A stretch of 64,000 nt of DNA, from assembly GCF_009914755.1 (NCBI RefSeq), contig NC_060944.1; one strand, given 5' to 3'. The position numbers were made by a program, and so were the translations under genes. This document shows, piece after piece, positions 1-13,440 of this stretch (its first letter is position 1; each line of letters begins with the position of its first letter). The stretch comes from the human T2T-CHM13v2.0 reference genome, Homo sapiens. Under the pieces are notes generated by a model. It worked only from the letters and a program-made list of their open reading frames with translations. It made no database searches and was not told the DNA's origin.

Positions 1-806
1 CAAGGATATCCCCACCTTTGGTGGTTGCATCCCGTTACAGATTCACCCACTTTATGCTACACAAGAATGGCCGCTGGCAGGTCCCCACAGTGGCTGGTCA
101 TGTGGAACGTGTTTACAGTGTCTTTATCTGGAGAAAGATGACTTTTCTGTTCTCATTACAGCCTCGGCCATGGACATGATTTGTTAGAACCTTACTATGA
201 AGTGTGTGGTGGCGCACAGGCGCTCTGACCTTCTCCGTATCCCTGCATTTAATTAGCTGGTCATCCTGTCCTTCGGTAAAGGTCACGGTGGCTGTAAATG
301 CATTTGGGGGGATGCTGGCCAGCATGCGGCCTGGCTGATGAGGGGGCAGAGAGGCAGGGTCTGTGGTGCTCACACCTCGAACGCCCCCAGTCATCACAAG
401 CCCCCCCAGTGCAGGGCGGGCACTGGGGCTCCCTGGGCTAGTGACAGGGCCACGGTTGCCAGGTCAGCGGGCACAGCCAGCTGCCCCTCTCCACAGCTCT
501 GCCCAGGAGCACTGTTCACCGTGGGTAAGCAACCCCAAGTGGCTAATTAGGATATGTGGCAGCAGCACTTTCTGGCTCTCCGAGTTGTTGTCCACTCGAG
601 AAAGTGTTATTTTCAACAGATTGCTTCTCACACAGCTTCCTGCCAAGTCATGTCCCCAGGCTGGATGACATCACCCCACTCAACCTTTCTCGAGCCTGTG
701 TAGTTGTTTCGTGGAGGTCACTGTGTCGTTAGCGTCAAAAGGAAAACAGAGCTGAAGACAAATTAGAGGGGAAGAAAGAGTCTGAGCGGGAGCAGGCCTG
801 CTGCTG

Positions 807-871
807 GGGGCTTTCACCGCGGACCCGGGGCTTTCACCGCTGACCCGGGGCTTTCACCGCTGACCCGGGGC
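807..871. repeat. 20-bp tandem repeat x3 (GGGGCTTTCACCGCTGACCC)
   Basis: Three near-identical copies read directly. Confidence 0.95.
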
Positions 872-1655
872 ACACACATGTCGTGACCAGCCTGTAAGAA
901 CATCTTCACTTCCAAGGGCTCAGCTGCATGGGCTGGCAATGGCTGAGTGAGTACAAACCAAACAGTGAGGCCAGGGGTTTCCACTGTTGGGGGGCCCCAT
1001 GTCAAGCCCAGGAAGTGTCAAAATGTGAGCAGGTGGCTGCTGAGGAACGAGGCTCACAGCGCCGGAGCTGCAGGTATCCGTGCAGGCGTGCACTCGGAAC
1101 ACCCCACCCCCGGGGACAAGGAAGGGGGCCTCTGGTCAGAGGATGTGGTGGCTTCCCTTCTCCTGGTGCCTCAAAGGTCCCAGAGGGTGGAATGCGCCAT
1201 GTCCTGTCCCCTTCACTCCAGCCGTGAGCTCTGCCTGCTCTTGCCTTCAAAGACTGATTCACAGTGAGGGAGGCCCAGTTCTGCCCGCAGACATACATTC
1301 CCTAGATCTGCACGTCAGGGGAGCGCTCAGCATCGACAGGGAAGACAGTTTTTTCATTGTCAGCCGTTCTGACTGGCCGGGTAGGAAATATGCCTGCGTG
1401 GCTGGTCACGTCTCCTGCATCTGGGATATATTCTTGGTCTGTCCTTGGGCTTATATTAGACTCTTGGGGTCAGGCCTTCCTTGAAAAACGTGTGGATCAG
1501 AAACTTGGTCTTTCTTTACTCCAGCGCATGACAGAAGTTCCTTGGTAGCACGTCAGCCCAGAGGGCAGGAACCCAGAGAGGTCTCAGGGTTGTCACCCCA
1601 GCAAGGGACCCGCTGTGTCATCAGCCTCCGTGCATGCCTGGTCAGTGAAAGAATG

Positions 1656-1783
1656 TCACCCCGTACGGCCTCACTGTGGGGCCACACATCACCCCATACA
1701 GCCTCACTGTGGGGCCACACGTCACCCCATACGGCCTCCCTGTGGGGCCACACATCACCCTAAACGGCCTCACTGTGGGGCCA
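1656..1783. repeat. 33-bp minisatellite x~4 (TCACCCCATACGGCCTCACTGTGGGGCCACACA)
   Basis: Periodic copies at 1656, 1689, 1722, 1755. Gives HTASLWGHTSP repeats in the ORF track. Confidence 0.95.
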
Positions 1784-1834
1784 TGTCTGTCTTCATGGGT
1801 GTCTTCTTCATGTCTTCTTCATGTCTGTCTTCAT
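1784..1834. repeat. Short (TGTCTTCTTCA)-like tandem repeat
   Basis: Four degenerate TGTC(T)TCTTCATG units. Confidence 0.75.
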
Positions 1835-1987
1835 GGCCCAGGCCTGGGGCAGAGCCGGGGTTGCCGGCTCAGCGGGTGAGTGCCACATGAGTCTTGCCTT
1901 CAAAGCTGGAGTGCCTGATCTTGACAGCGGACCGACATCTTCAAGGGAACGGCGGCTCCCCCCTTTTTTGCAGAACACTTTCAAAGG

Positions 1988-2416
1988 TGTATTCGTGTTC
2001 CAGGGCCGCCATAACAGAGCGCCACAGAGGGGCGGTGTAAACAGCAGAGGTGTATGCTCTCGCTGCTCTGGAGGATGGAAGCTTAAAGCCGAGGCGTCGG
2101 CAGGGGTGGTTTGACGAAAGCCGTCAGAGAGCTCGGAGGGAAGACTCTGTTCCAGGCCTCTCTCCTCGGCTTGCAGGTGCCACCTTCTTCCCGCATCTCT
2201 TCACATCGCCTTCCCTCTGGGAGTGTGTCTGTGCCCAAGTCTCCAGTTTTCTAAGAACAGCAGACATACAGGATTGGGACCCACCTTACTCCAATATGAC
2301 CTCATCGCAACTAATTTCATGTGCCATGACCCCATTTCCAAACAAAGTCACATTATGAGATGCTGGGGTGGAATTTCAATGTATGAATTGCGGGGGACAG
2401 AATTGAACCCATAACA
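1988..2416 (-). mobile_element. MLT1B/MLT1C-type MaLR solo LTR
   Basis: TGT...ACA termini. Motifs gccataacagagcgccacaga, catttccaaacaaagtcacatt, ggggacagaattgaacccataaca. Confidence 0.85.
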
Positions 2417-5400
2417 AGCGAGTGAATGGATGTCAGGGTCGTGGCTGTGAGATTCCCCACGGGTGAGTGAGTTCCATGCATCCAGGGCTGGTGGACATCT
2501 GGGCTTGTCCACATAGGTGGGTTTGGAGGTTTGGGTGCAGCTGGCAGTGCCATGGCCTCCAAGCGATCAGGACATGCCCATCCTCACTGGGTGGGGACCA
2601 GCCCTGTGGGCTTCGGGTCCTCATGGGAGTGGCGTGTGCCATGGGGTGCCTTCCAGCCAGCACAGCGGGTCTACGGATCAGTTGGGGGTGGATTGCAAAC
2701 CAAAGCAAGAGCAAGAAGGAACGGACTCACCAGGCAGGCCTCCAGCGCTGGTAGCTTAGGAGCTGCAGTTCCTGGAACCTCGGTTCGGCTCACGCGGGGA
2801 TCTCCCCTTCTCAGGGTTGACCTTGTTCTTAATGATTCGGACAAAGCGTCCATTGGCAAAACATTTCCAGATTTGGGATATCCAGGTGAGCCCAGAATGG
2901 AGTTTTCTTCAGTCCAAAAAAGACTGCTTTCGAGTGGGACAAGTTTGACCTTATCACAGAGGCATGGGTGTGACTCAGGCCGAAGAGAAGTTCACTCAGC
3001 TGCGTGAAGCCTCGTCCTCCTCCTTCGTCAGCTGATTAGCTGGCAGCCGGGAGGAAGAGCCTAGACCTCACGGAGGTCTTGATAAAGCCCCTCTTCACCG
3101 AAGTGCAGTCAAGTCTGCAAGACAGAAATTGGACAATGGGAAGAAAGCGTCTTCTTCACTGCCATTTCCCGGTCCCTTCAGCTCTGTTGAGTGGTTCTCA
3201 TGCTGAGAGTTGGCCGAGAAGCAATAAAACACGGTCCTCTGCCACTTTCTCCATAAAGCCCAGCTGGCCGCCTCATAGGACCATTTCTGACAAACTGGGT
3301 TTTGCTGAGAACCACACAAAGACGGCAAAATAAGACTGGCTTGTAATTGCCCATTTCTCGATCCTTGTGGAATCGGGGGCCCAGGATGGGACCGAACAAA
3401 GGTGTGTGCAGAGTTAGACGAGGCAGGAGCCACGTAATGGGTCCCTCTGTCCTCCAGGAACGCTCCACACAAAACATTGCTCTGTAAAAAGACGACAAGG
3501 GCCACCCTCCCAAACGCAGCCCAAGTCACTAGCCTAGGTGCAGACGCTTCGCACTGTGTGTTGTTACGGTCCTTGCAGGCATTCTGGTGATGCAATTCAT
3601 TCTTCTGAAGCGTATGAAAGCTGAGTGCGACCTTGAGCCAGAGCCGTCAAAGTTGAAGCAAGGTAAAGCGGTTGCTTGTAATTACACACTTTTTAATTTA
3701 TCTGTGTATGCATCTTAAAATCACAAAAACTTTGTTTGTACTTGAGCTGCAGATTCAAAAGTGCTTAGTAAATCCAATTACAGGCAATGTCACCTGTAGA
3801 AAAAGCACAGGGCATTTCTGTCTAGTTTATCGTGTTATTTTTTTCCAAAGTACTTTGAAGGATTTTGCAATTAATCTGCTGTTCCATTTGATTGAAATTT
3901 AGAGTTCTTGATCTACATCTGTCACCTTCCTGCAAAGCAAATCAGGCCTGGTGTGTGACAACCCGCTTTTTACGTGTGGGAGGTCTTGCCAGGCGTGTGC
4001 TCAGCTGGCAGAGGCTGTGTGCGTGCGGCCCTGAGGGTGTGAAGACTTCCTCAACAAGCCTTTCTTCATCTCACTCTGCGTGCCGTGGTCAGTGCCATGT
4101 TTTCGGGTAGAGCAATGAACATAAAGGATGTCATCCCTCTTGGCTGAATTTACACTCTGGTGGGGCAGGGGGCCACGGGATGTTAGAAATGCGGCAGAGA
4201 CCAAGCTGTGATCAGAAGTGGGGGCTCTTGGACGAGCTCAGAACACACAGGCCTTGGGTTGTTTGTCTTTTCCTGACTTCTATGTGCAGTGGATTTCCTG
4301 CTTTGTGGCAGAGGCTGCTCTGAGCACAGAGACCTGAGCATCATGAGGCATTCATCCTAGTTTAAGGAGACGGGCAGTACACACCACGAGTGTCATGGAG
4401 AAAATAGGCCTGGCAGGATGGACACAGTTGATACTCGAGCGTGAATGGAGACACTGGCAGCAGGGGCATTTCATAAGGAGGGGACAGTGTGGCTGGGATA
4501 TGGGCGGCCTTGCATTTGCAGAGTATTTAACCTAATATTGAAAAGACATCATTTGTCCCCACCAACAAATTAGTGGGGAAGGAAGGAGTGAGGTCAGGTG
4601 TGGGGATCAAAGCTCCTCGTCCCCAGCTTGTGTCCCTTCCCCGTCGCACCTCTTCCCCGTGCCTGGATGAATCTGCAAAGAGAGCGGGGATCTGATGTGT
4701 GCAGCCATCTCATTGGCCATACAAGAGCTGTCCATGTCTCATCTGGGCCCTGGTGATGAGGTGGCTCCACTCGGGGCAGGGTTGAGGCTTTCTGTGTCTG
4801 CATCAGACCCTGTGCACTATTCAGCCTCCCTCCCCTGACTGTGTCCTTTTCATTTTAATTTTAAGCACATGGGATTTAAACAATATTTACTCAGAGCTGC
4901 TTTACCTTGTATTTTCATTTGGAAATATTAATTGTGACCTTTCAGAACTCCCAATTAAATTTTTCCAATAAAATGAAAAGGTTGAGCTGGAGCAGAGGCA
5001 GGGGTGTGGTTGGGATGAGGGTGGCAGAGTCACAGCCGCTGGGAGTGGCCGGGCAGGTGGCTGTGCCCTGTGGGTCCCTGGCTCGAGCCAGGCCTCGAGC
5101 GCTCTTGGCTGAGCCTGGAAGAAGCAGCAGAATTCCCCGTCTTGGGGTCGGGCACCAGTGGCTGAAACGCATTTCCATGGGGGTCAGGACAGTCCTCGGC
5201 ATCTCCAGCACCTGAAGTTGCAGTGTTTGAGAAGTGCAGACGGGACAGGATCCCTGGTTCTCTCTGTGTTGTCTCAAGGTGCTGCGAGGAAGGCATCAGC
5301 TCACAGGAAACCCAGCTCCTTCCCAAGCAGAAGTAGTGGCAGCACTGCCTCCCCACTCTGACATTCTCAGAATGGGCTTTTGCAGTGGAGAACCAATGCA

Positions 5401-5789
5401 GGTGCTGATCCAGGTCACTCGGGAGGAAGGAGGCCCCAGGTCAGGCAGCCTTGTGGGGCGCTCTCGTTAAAGCTGGAACCTGCTCTGGGTGCTGTGCCAC
5501 CTTTCAGCCCAAGTCAAGTTTTCTGGAGGCCTGGCTGGCGCCGCCTTCTGAGAGAGGAGAGCGGCTGGCCCTGAAGCCCCCAGAGCCAGGTTGCTTGGCA
5601 GGGGTGGTGGGATCCGGTGGCCACAGCGTGCAGTAGGAGTTGGGGTGTCGTCTCAGTGGGTAGAGTCACTCTCACCCCTGGTGTCCACAGAGCTTTTGAG
5701 TTTTCAAGATAAGCCAAACATCTGGGCTTTTTTAAAATATGGAATTTGCCAATATCTAATCTCTACGGTGTCAGCCGGGATGTCTGAGT

Positions 5790-5980
5790 CTTGGCATGGT
5801 CATCATCATGGGCATTAAATGGGGTGGCGCCGCTCTGGGCACCACAGGCATTTAGCAGCATCTCTGGCATCCACTCAGGAGATGCCAGTAGCACCACCCC
5901 CAGCTGTGACTACAGGAATGTCTCCAGATACTGCCAAGTGTCTCCTAGGGCCAAATGCACCCAGATTCCAGAACCAGGGA
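5790..5980 (-). mobile_element. MER20 (hAT-Charlie) fragment
   Basis: gatgccagtagcacc...tgtgactacaggaatgtctccagatactgccaagtgtc resembles the MER20 consensus. Confidence 0.75.
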
Positions 5981-8671
5981 TATAGAGTATGGGCTGTCAT
6001 TTTGTGAATTCTCTAATAGTCCAACCAAAGGACCCGGGTGTGAGCTAATGGCCAGCTGGACCCAGGAACGCGTTGGGGCTCAAAGGTCCCCTGAGCACAC
6101 AGTCCTTCTGCACCCAGCCAGCTGCTGCTTCCCATCCGCTTTGTCTCGTTGGCATGTCCCTCTTTAGGACACAGGGGCCTTGTGCCTAGACCTAGCAGAC
6201 TTCCTGCAAACCCCACTCACTCACAAACTTCAGGGAATATTTGTTCTCACCTTGGTGGAGGCATCCGCACCTGAGCTAACTCAAGACCCCAGGTGGGGCT
6301 GTTTTACGAATCCCATGAAATGAACAGAATGTCACCCTGCTGCCTGTCCCGGCCAGGCCCCTTCCACCTGGCGGGGGAGATGGTGTACAACAGCCGATCT
6401 GGGGGACCAGACCCCGGGGGTTCCACACCGCAGAGGGAGCACGTTCAGCCCTTCATCTCTGGCTTCTGCGTTTGGTTTATGTGCTCAAATATTGCTCACT
6501 GGGTCTAACCCCTCAGTGTGGGAGAGCCGTAGGTGCCCCAGTGGCCATCTTCACAGTGTCTTTCAATCTCAGAGTCCTCGGCCCATGGCCATTCATGCAA
6601 GCAGCAGCTGGTCCGTTCCTGCCACTTCCAAGGACGCTCTGTCAGGAGAGCCACCCTCATGGGACTTCCTCTGGCCCTTGTAGTTCTGGGTGGGAGCGTG
6701 TAGAAAAGGGGGACTCATTGCAGCTTGGCCTGGAGGCCCCCTCACCCAAGCTGCATATCCCTGGAAGCTGGCAGCTGGCTTCCTCTCACGACAGCTTTGA
6801 GTGTGAGCCCAGTGATGTTTTAAATGTGGTGGATGCCTGCAGAATCGCCGACAGGCTCCATTTGCAAGGGGCTGGCCGGGCTCTTCTGCACACATTTGTG
6901 TCAACAGTGAAAAATTACATCACTAGCAGACAAATCAAATACCCCAGTTGTGTCAAGATTTCCCAGATGTGATGTGCTGAGCTCGGAGCCCCTTGTAAAT
7001 TCCACGCCGCTTCCTTCTCTTAAAGGCGCCTGTGGATTTCTCCCCCACGGGTGCTGGCTTGGACTGGACTTGGGATCTGAAAGCCCTGTTCTTCCCTTCC
7101 AGACAGAGAGCAAGCCGTCCCACCCCATTGTGCCCAGTGGCTTTAGCCCATGAAACTGGGTGAGGCTGGCTGAGGAACAGCCGGCCCGACGCCTGCCCGG
7201 TGCCTGCTCGGCAACTGTTCTCTGTAAAACTTTCCCAGCTGCGTTGCTCCCAGCTTTCCCGTGAGGCCCAGGACCCTGTCTCAGAGGGTCTGGGCAGCTT
7301 TCCCCTAAGCGACTTGGGCACAGCAGGCTTTGGGGCTGTGTGTTTACTAAAGGGGGCTTCAGAGGGCCGGGGGGGATGAGAGACCGGATACCCCACCCAG
7401 GACTCCAACCACCACCCGAGGCACCGACAACTGACAGAAAACTGCAGCCGGCCTCATTTGCCGCAGACACCCTTCTCTCAACAATAACATGTGGGGCACG
7501 GTCTTAACAAACATGATGAGAGAAAAGGCTGTAGCCAAAGGCAGCTGTTCAGGAACGGAGAAAGTTTAGCTACGACGAAGACTCCGGGGAGGAAGAACGG
7601 ATGGAAAGGCCAGCCCAAATGGAAGTTGGAGTTTGCTGAGCTGAGGACAGGGCCTGTGGGATCTGCTGGAAGAGAGGCGAACCAAGACCAAAGGGATCGG
7701 TTTCTCCCGAGCTGCACACAGTGGCACCGACTCCCTGATCCCCGATGTGTAGAAACCACCTTGGCTGAATTCTCCCGAGCCCGCTGCAGGCCAGTGGGAA
7801 CAGTGGTTGGGAATCTCACCGGAACTGGCTCGGGCAGGACGTTCATGGTGAGGTTCCAACCGGAATGAGTCATGTGACCGTCAGCATCCGACCTCCACAT
7901 TAGCCGCATGACCCTCTGTGATGCCCAGACCAGCTGAGATGCAATCCCCGCAGAGGGCTGAAGAGAGGCGTCTGTGGCACGTGGTGGGGGCCCTGGTCTT
8001 TAGAAGCTCCTGGATTCTGATTGCCTTCAGCTGGGCTTTCAGGTGGGTCTGCCTGCAAGCAATCTCAAAGGCAACACTGTTCTGGAAGCTTCCGTGGCGG
8101 TACTCTCTCTCCATCTTCCCTGGGATAAAACAGGAAGCTGAGGCCAGTCCCTTACACAGGCATGAGCTGTCATCCATGTCTGGACAGAGTGCCGGGGTCC
8201 CCATGAGCGCATGGCGGGGATGCCAGCCCTGCTGCTGAGCCGGTGGTCCTGAGCTCCCTGAGGACAGCACCCGCTTTGTCTTCCCACCTGGTGCCCAGGA
8301 GCCTGGCATGGTCCTATGCATGGAGGCCCTCTGTCCACATTTATGGGACAAGGAAAGGCCCAACTCTGCCTTCGTCAGTTGCTGCCTGCAGTGTGTGCTT
8401 TGCGCGGCTTGGACAGTAAAGGAAACCTGGGCCTGTTATACAGGGAAAGGACATCTTAAACCAAGGCCTTCAGCCCACCAGGCAGCCCCACTGGCTATGT
8501 CCTCCCTGGCACCCTGGGGTGCTGGGTGAACGCGGGATGTGGACACGTGTGAGTGCCGTGTAATCCTTACCTGCCTAGAGCTCACAGCATCCTGCCCTGG
8601 TGCATAGTGAAAATGTTACCCCATAAAAAAGGGGAAAGGATGCAAAGATCAATAAAAACAAATCCTTCACA

Positions 8672-8910
8672 ACCGTGGTCCCCAAACTTTTTGGCACCAG
8701 GGACCACGTTTGTGGAAGATAATGAAGACAATTTTTCCATGGACCATGAGTAGGGGGGACGGTTTTGAGATAAAACTGTCCCACCTCGGATCATCAGGTG
8801 TTAGAGTCTCATGAGGAACGCGCAGCCTAGATCCCTTGCACGTGCAGTTCACAACAGGGTTCATGATCGTGAGACTCTGGTGTCCTTGCTAATCTGACAG
8901 GAGGCGGAGG
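8672..8910. mobile_element. MER1B (hAT-Charlie), truncated
   Basis: gtggtccccaaactttttggcaccagggacc...gaagacaatttttccatggac...aaactgtcccacctc...ctgacaggaggcggag. Confidence 0.85.
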
Positions 8911-10196
8911 ACCTGCCAGGAGGCTCTTCCTGTGTCCTGATCTCAGCTCGGGAATGTGTTTGGTGTGTTTGTTTCCACGTTATGCCTGCGGATGACAGGG
9001 AGGGTCATGGTGTGAAATCTGGCTTAGGAAGGCGGCCACCAGGCTTTGGAGGGAGAGACAGTGGAGTTTGCATCCACCAGTGCTGAGGAGAGGAGGCAGC
9101 CCAGCTGGCTGTGCCCTGGACCCAGGACCTGGGCTGTGCTGGGGGTCCCGGGCTGTGGCGCGTCTCCCTGGGCATAGCCATCACCCAGCACAGCAGTGGT
9201 TTCAGGCAACAGCCCGGGAGGAAAACCTAGGAAGAAGGGCTGGTGCTGCCCGCAAGTGCCTGGACCTGCACACACACACAGGGCTGAGTGTAGCGTGGCC
9301 AGCAGGGGGTTGACTTTTACCCCGAACCAGATGTACCAAGCACCCCGCTGACTCAGACTCCCCGCCCCCCGCCTACCCCCAGCAGCTTGGTCCCCTCTGC
9401 CTCCTAACTGGGTTGGGGCACCACCCTCCACTCTCCACGTTGGCTGCCTCAGTCTGGGTCACAGACACAGGCTTCCCAGCCAGGGCGACTGCAGCATCCA
9501 CCTCCTGCCACAGTCAGGGGGCTATGGAGAAACCCAATCCAGGCCCCGGGCTCCCAGTTTGACACCCGGCCACACAGCCCTGACTCGTAGCCGGTGGCTG
9601 CAGGCTCTTTGCCCCCCACTTCCCCAGCCCTGCTCCCTCCAGCCTCATGCCCCTTGTAGACCCTCTCCACCCTCCTGTGCCTGGAGCCCCTCCCAGACGT
9701 TTGCACCCCACCCCTTCCCATCCTTGGGGCTCAGAGAAATGCTGCCTTCTCCGGGGAGGCCCCATCCTCCCCAGCCTCACATGAGGCGGCGCTGCCTCTG
9801 CGGAGGCCCCTTCTCTGAGTGTGCATCATGGACGGGCATCTCCTCTGCAGGCTGTTTGTTAGAGATGAGCACAGAAATCAATAGTGGGCATTGGCAGACG
9901 TGCAGAACACCCCGCGTGCAATCTTTTCCTGGTAATTTAGTTCTATCGTATTTTACAAAGTATCAGCTTGTGACAGAGATTGGACATTAGAAAACAAAAG
10001 GCTGTTCCTTCAGCCAGACGGACGGGCAGCAGACCTGCTCAGCCCTGCCTTCCCCGAAGGACCTCAGGCTACACGGGCAGTGGGGCTGCGGCCCAGCTCA
10101 GGCCTGGCTCATGATGGGAGTGTGGAGGACACTGGCTGAGTTCACATCACCCCAAAGCCTCGGGTCCCAGTGGCGTAGCGGCCGCCCAAATGATGA

Positions 10197-10628
<432 letters not shown>

Positions 10629-11819
10629 AATTTTTGAATGACAATTTTTTTTTTTTTATCGCTGGCTAATCACAGAGTGAGCAGAGGTGCATGGCGGAGA
10701 AGGTAGCATGGTTTCCAGAGTAAAGGAGGGCAAATGGCACCCATAAATGGAAGCAATATTGGTGATGCTCCACTCTACACACTTGCCACGTCCCCTGGTC
10801 CTCACGAAGCCCAAAATAGCAGGATGGAGCGGGAGGTAGAGGTTCTTTCTTCTTGTTTTCCCACAGATGGCACAAGCTAATTATTCTCATTTGTGTAGCA
10901 CCTTACACCTCTGTAGATGTTTTTCAGAATGTTGGAAAACAGATGATCACGTCTGTTTTTGTAGCCGTGTGAGAGTTTTTTTCATTAGCGGGATCGGGCA
11001 AGACCATCTGTGTGTTGTAGGGAAAAGTTTGCCACCAACAGCGAGTTTAAAACTTTGAAACAGTAACTGAGTGGGATGTTCTTCCCCTGTCCGTGGGCGG
11101 CCAGGGTGGGCCTGGGGAATGCAGAATCCTCAATAAATGGATCCAGAATGAACCGAGAACCTCAAAGCCCTGCCGGGCGGGTCTGCATAGCCCTAGGCAC
11201 TATCACCCCCACTAGCCTCAACTCGGTGTTTTTTCCCAGCCCAGACTAATGATAACCAAGTCAGAGAACTTTCCAGAAAAACTGGTGGCCAGAAGTCCCT
11301 CTGCTGGCAGCTGCCTGTGTGTCCTCAAAGAAGTCAGCTCACCTCTCTGAGCCTGGTGTCCTGGCTAAGTGGCTGCCGATTGGTTCTCTGGGCCCCAATG
11401 TGAAGGCATTGAGTGCTTGAGTGTCTATGGATGAAGGCGGTACAGGAACTCCCAAGCTGCCAAGCCTCCCAGCCTCTATCTGTGTGCAGGCCCTGAGTCC
11501 TCGCTCCTGCGGCAGAGCCCCCCTCCTGGGGAGCTTCAGATGCACGTTCCCACTTCAGTCCACCAGCTGCATCACCATTGATAATTAAAGCAATGTGCGT
11601 TGATGAAAAGGGATTTCATCCAGGGAACTCCACAGCCCCTGCCTCTGGGGCCCTGGGGCTGCAAAGGTGATGGCCTCCAGAAGAGCTGGAGGGCCCTGGT
11701 GAGGAAGGGGCAAGGGCCCATGTGGAGCAGGGTGCAGGCAGAGCCACGTTCATCCTGACATTCTCAGTGCTGCAGAGACAAGGTGAGCTGATGCTGTTCC
11801 AGGCTAAAGAGACCAGATG

Positions 11820-11935
11820 CTCACTTATTCACTCAACAAACACTTTCTGAGGCCCTACATGCTCAGCCCTGCTCGAAGTGCCGAGAGACCATGCAGTCCT
11901 GAAAGGGGGTCCCTGCCCTCATGAAGCGCGCCTGC
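11820..11935 (-). mobile_element. L2 3' end fragment
   Basis: ttattcactcaacaaacactttctgagg...gtccctgccctcatgaagc is typical of the antisense L2 terminus. Confidence 0.6.
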
Positions 11936-11949
11936 CGGGGAGAGTGCAC

Positions 11950-12788
11950 CAGATTCCTGTCACTGCTCTAACAAATCGCCATGAGCTCAGTGGCCTGAAC
12001 ATCATAGGCATACGACCTTACAGTTCTCAAGGTCAGAAGCTGATATGGTTTGGCTGTGACCCCACCCAAAATCTCATCTTGAATTATAATCCCTCTAATC
12101 TCCACGTGTCCAGAGAGAGACCAGGTGGAGGTAATTGGATCATAGGGGCAGTTCCCCCACTACTATTCCAGCGATAGTGAATGAGTTCTCAACCATGATA
12201 TTGAGTGCGTTCTCATGAGACCTGCTGGTTTTATAAGGGGTTCTTCCCCCTTCACCCAGCACTTCTCCTTCCTGCCTTCTTGTGAAGAAGGACGTGTTTG
12301 CTTCCCCTTCGCCTTCCGCCATGATTGTAAGTTTTCTGAGGCCTCCCCAGCCATGCTGAACTGTGAGTCAATTAAACCTCTTCCCTTTACAAATCACCCA
12401 GTCTCAGATATTTCCATATAGCGATGTGAGAATGGACTAATACAGAAGGCTTGCAGGCTAGCCAAGTAGTTGGCAGGCCTGGCTCCTTCTGGAGACTCCA
12501 GGGCAGAATCCTGCCTTTCCCAATCCTGGAGGCCACCTGTGTTCCGACTCTGCCTTCTACCCTCAAAGCTAGCAGCACAGCCTCTCCCATCTCCCTCTGA
12601 CCTTCCTTCCTCCCTCATAAGGACGCTGTGAGGACACAGAGCCCACCCAGATCATCTGGGATAATCTCCTGTCTCAAGATCCTTGACTTAAACACACCTG
12701 CAAGTCTCCTTTGCAATGTAAGGTGGCATAGTCACAGGTCTGGGATTAGGATTTGGACATCTGGGGAGGGCCGTTATTCTGCCTGCCC
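11950..12788 (-). mobile_element. MLT1C/MLT1D-type LTR, split by a THE1 LTR
   Basis: Left part ...ttacagttctcaaggtcagaag. Right part ggataatctcctgtctcaagatccttgactt...gggattaggatttggacatctggggagggccgttattctgcct. Confidence 0.8.
12041..12444 (+). mobile_element. THE1C/THE1D solo LTR
   Basis: TGATATGGTTTGGCTGTG...GGACTAATACA termini, ATTAAA poly(A) signal, 5-bp TSD GAAGC/GAAGG. Confidence 0.92.
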
Positions 12789-12849
12789 TGGGGGAAGTGA
12801 ACCATCACCTACTGGCTTGGGTAGCACCGTGTGCGGGGCTGAAACATAC

Positions 12850-13440
12850 AAGATATAGGGTGGAGGGTGAGGACGGGTGGTGGAGGAAGGTGTCTCTGAG
12901 GAAGTGGTATTCCAGCTGCAGGGAGGAGGGGGCCAGCCATGGAGACATCTGGGGACAGTCAGTGCAAGTGTCCTGGGGTGTCATCAGCATGACAGATAGC
13001 TGTGCACTGAGGTGAGTTGCTGGGAGCCTGTGACAGACACTGCCCCACTCTGTGCAGGAGGGGTCCCCAGGGGGTTGAGCAGCCTTGGCCAGGAGAGAGG
13101 GAGGCTGGAGAGAGGCTTGGAGGGAGACTGGGTCAGCCAGACATGGTGGTGCAGGGACGGAGGGTCTTCCACGTGGATGATGGAACTGAGAAGCCAGGAG
13201 AGGCTGGTGAGGCTGAGTGGTCCAAGGGGCCGTCTCCACCAAGCCAAGTAAGCTGTGTCCAGACTTTGGACTTGATCCGTGTGGTGGAGTCCTGTGGGCC
13301 TTGGGGCCTCCAGGTGGATGGGAAGGAAGGGTCAGCCATGAGCCCTGGAGGCAGTGGGGCTCTGTGGTGGGCTGCCTGGCCAAGGTGGGAGGAGAACCAG
13401 CTGATGAGAGAGATGGCAGTCAGGGACAGGGTGTTTGGAA
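12850..13440 (-). mobile_element. L2 body fragment(s), degenerate
   Basis: ggaaggtgtctctgaggaagtggtatt...ggagacatctgggga...gctggtgaggctgagtgg, an L2-like purine-rich segment continuing the 11820 piece. Confidence 0.5.

Noticed and set aside
9296-9314. CTCF-like motif TGGCCAGCAGGGGGTTG (similar ones at ~30535 and ~39163)
   Set aside because: Mismatch at the conserved 3' GGC position. Such matches are frequent by chance in GC-rich DNA and cannot be supported without ChIP data.
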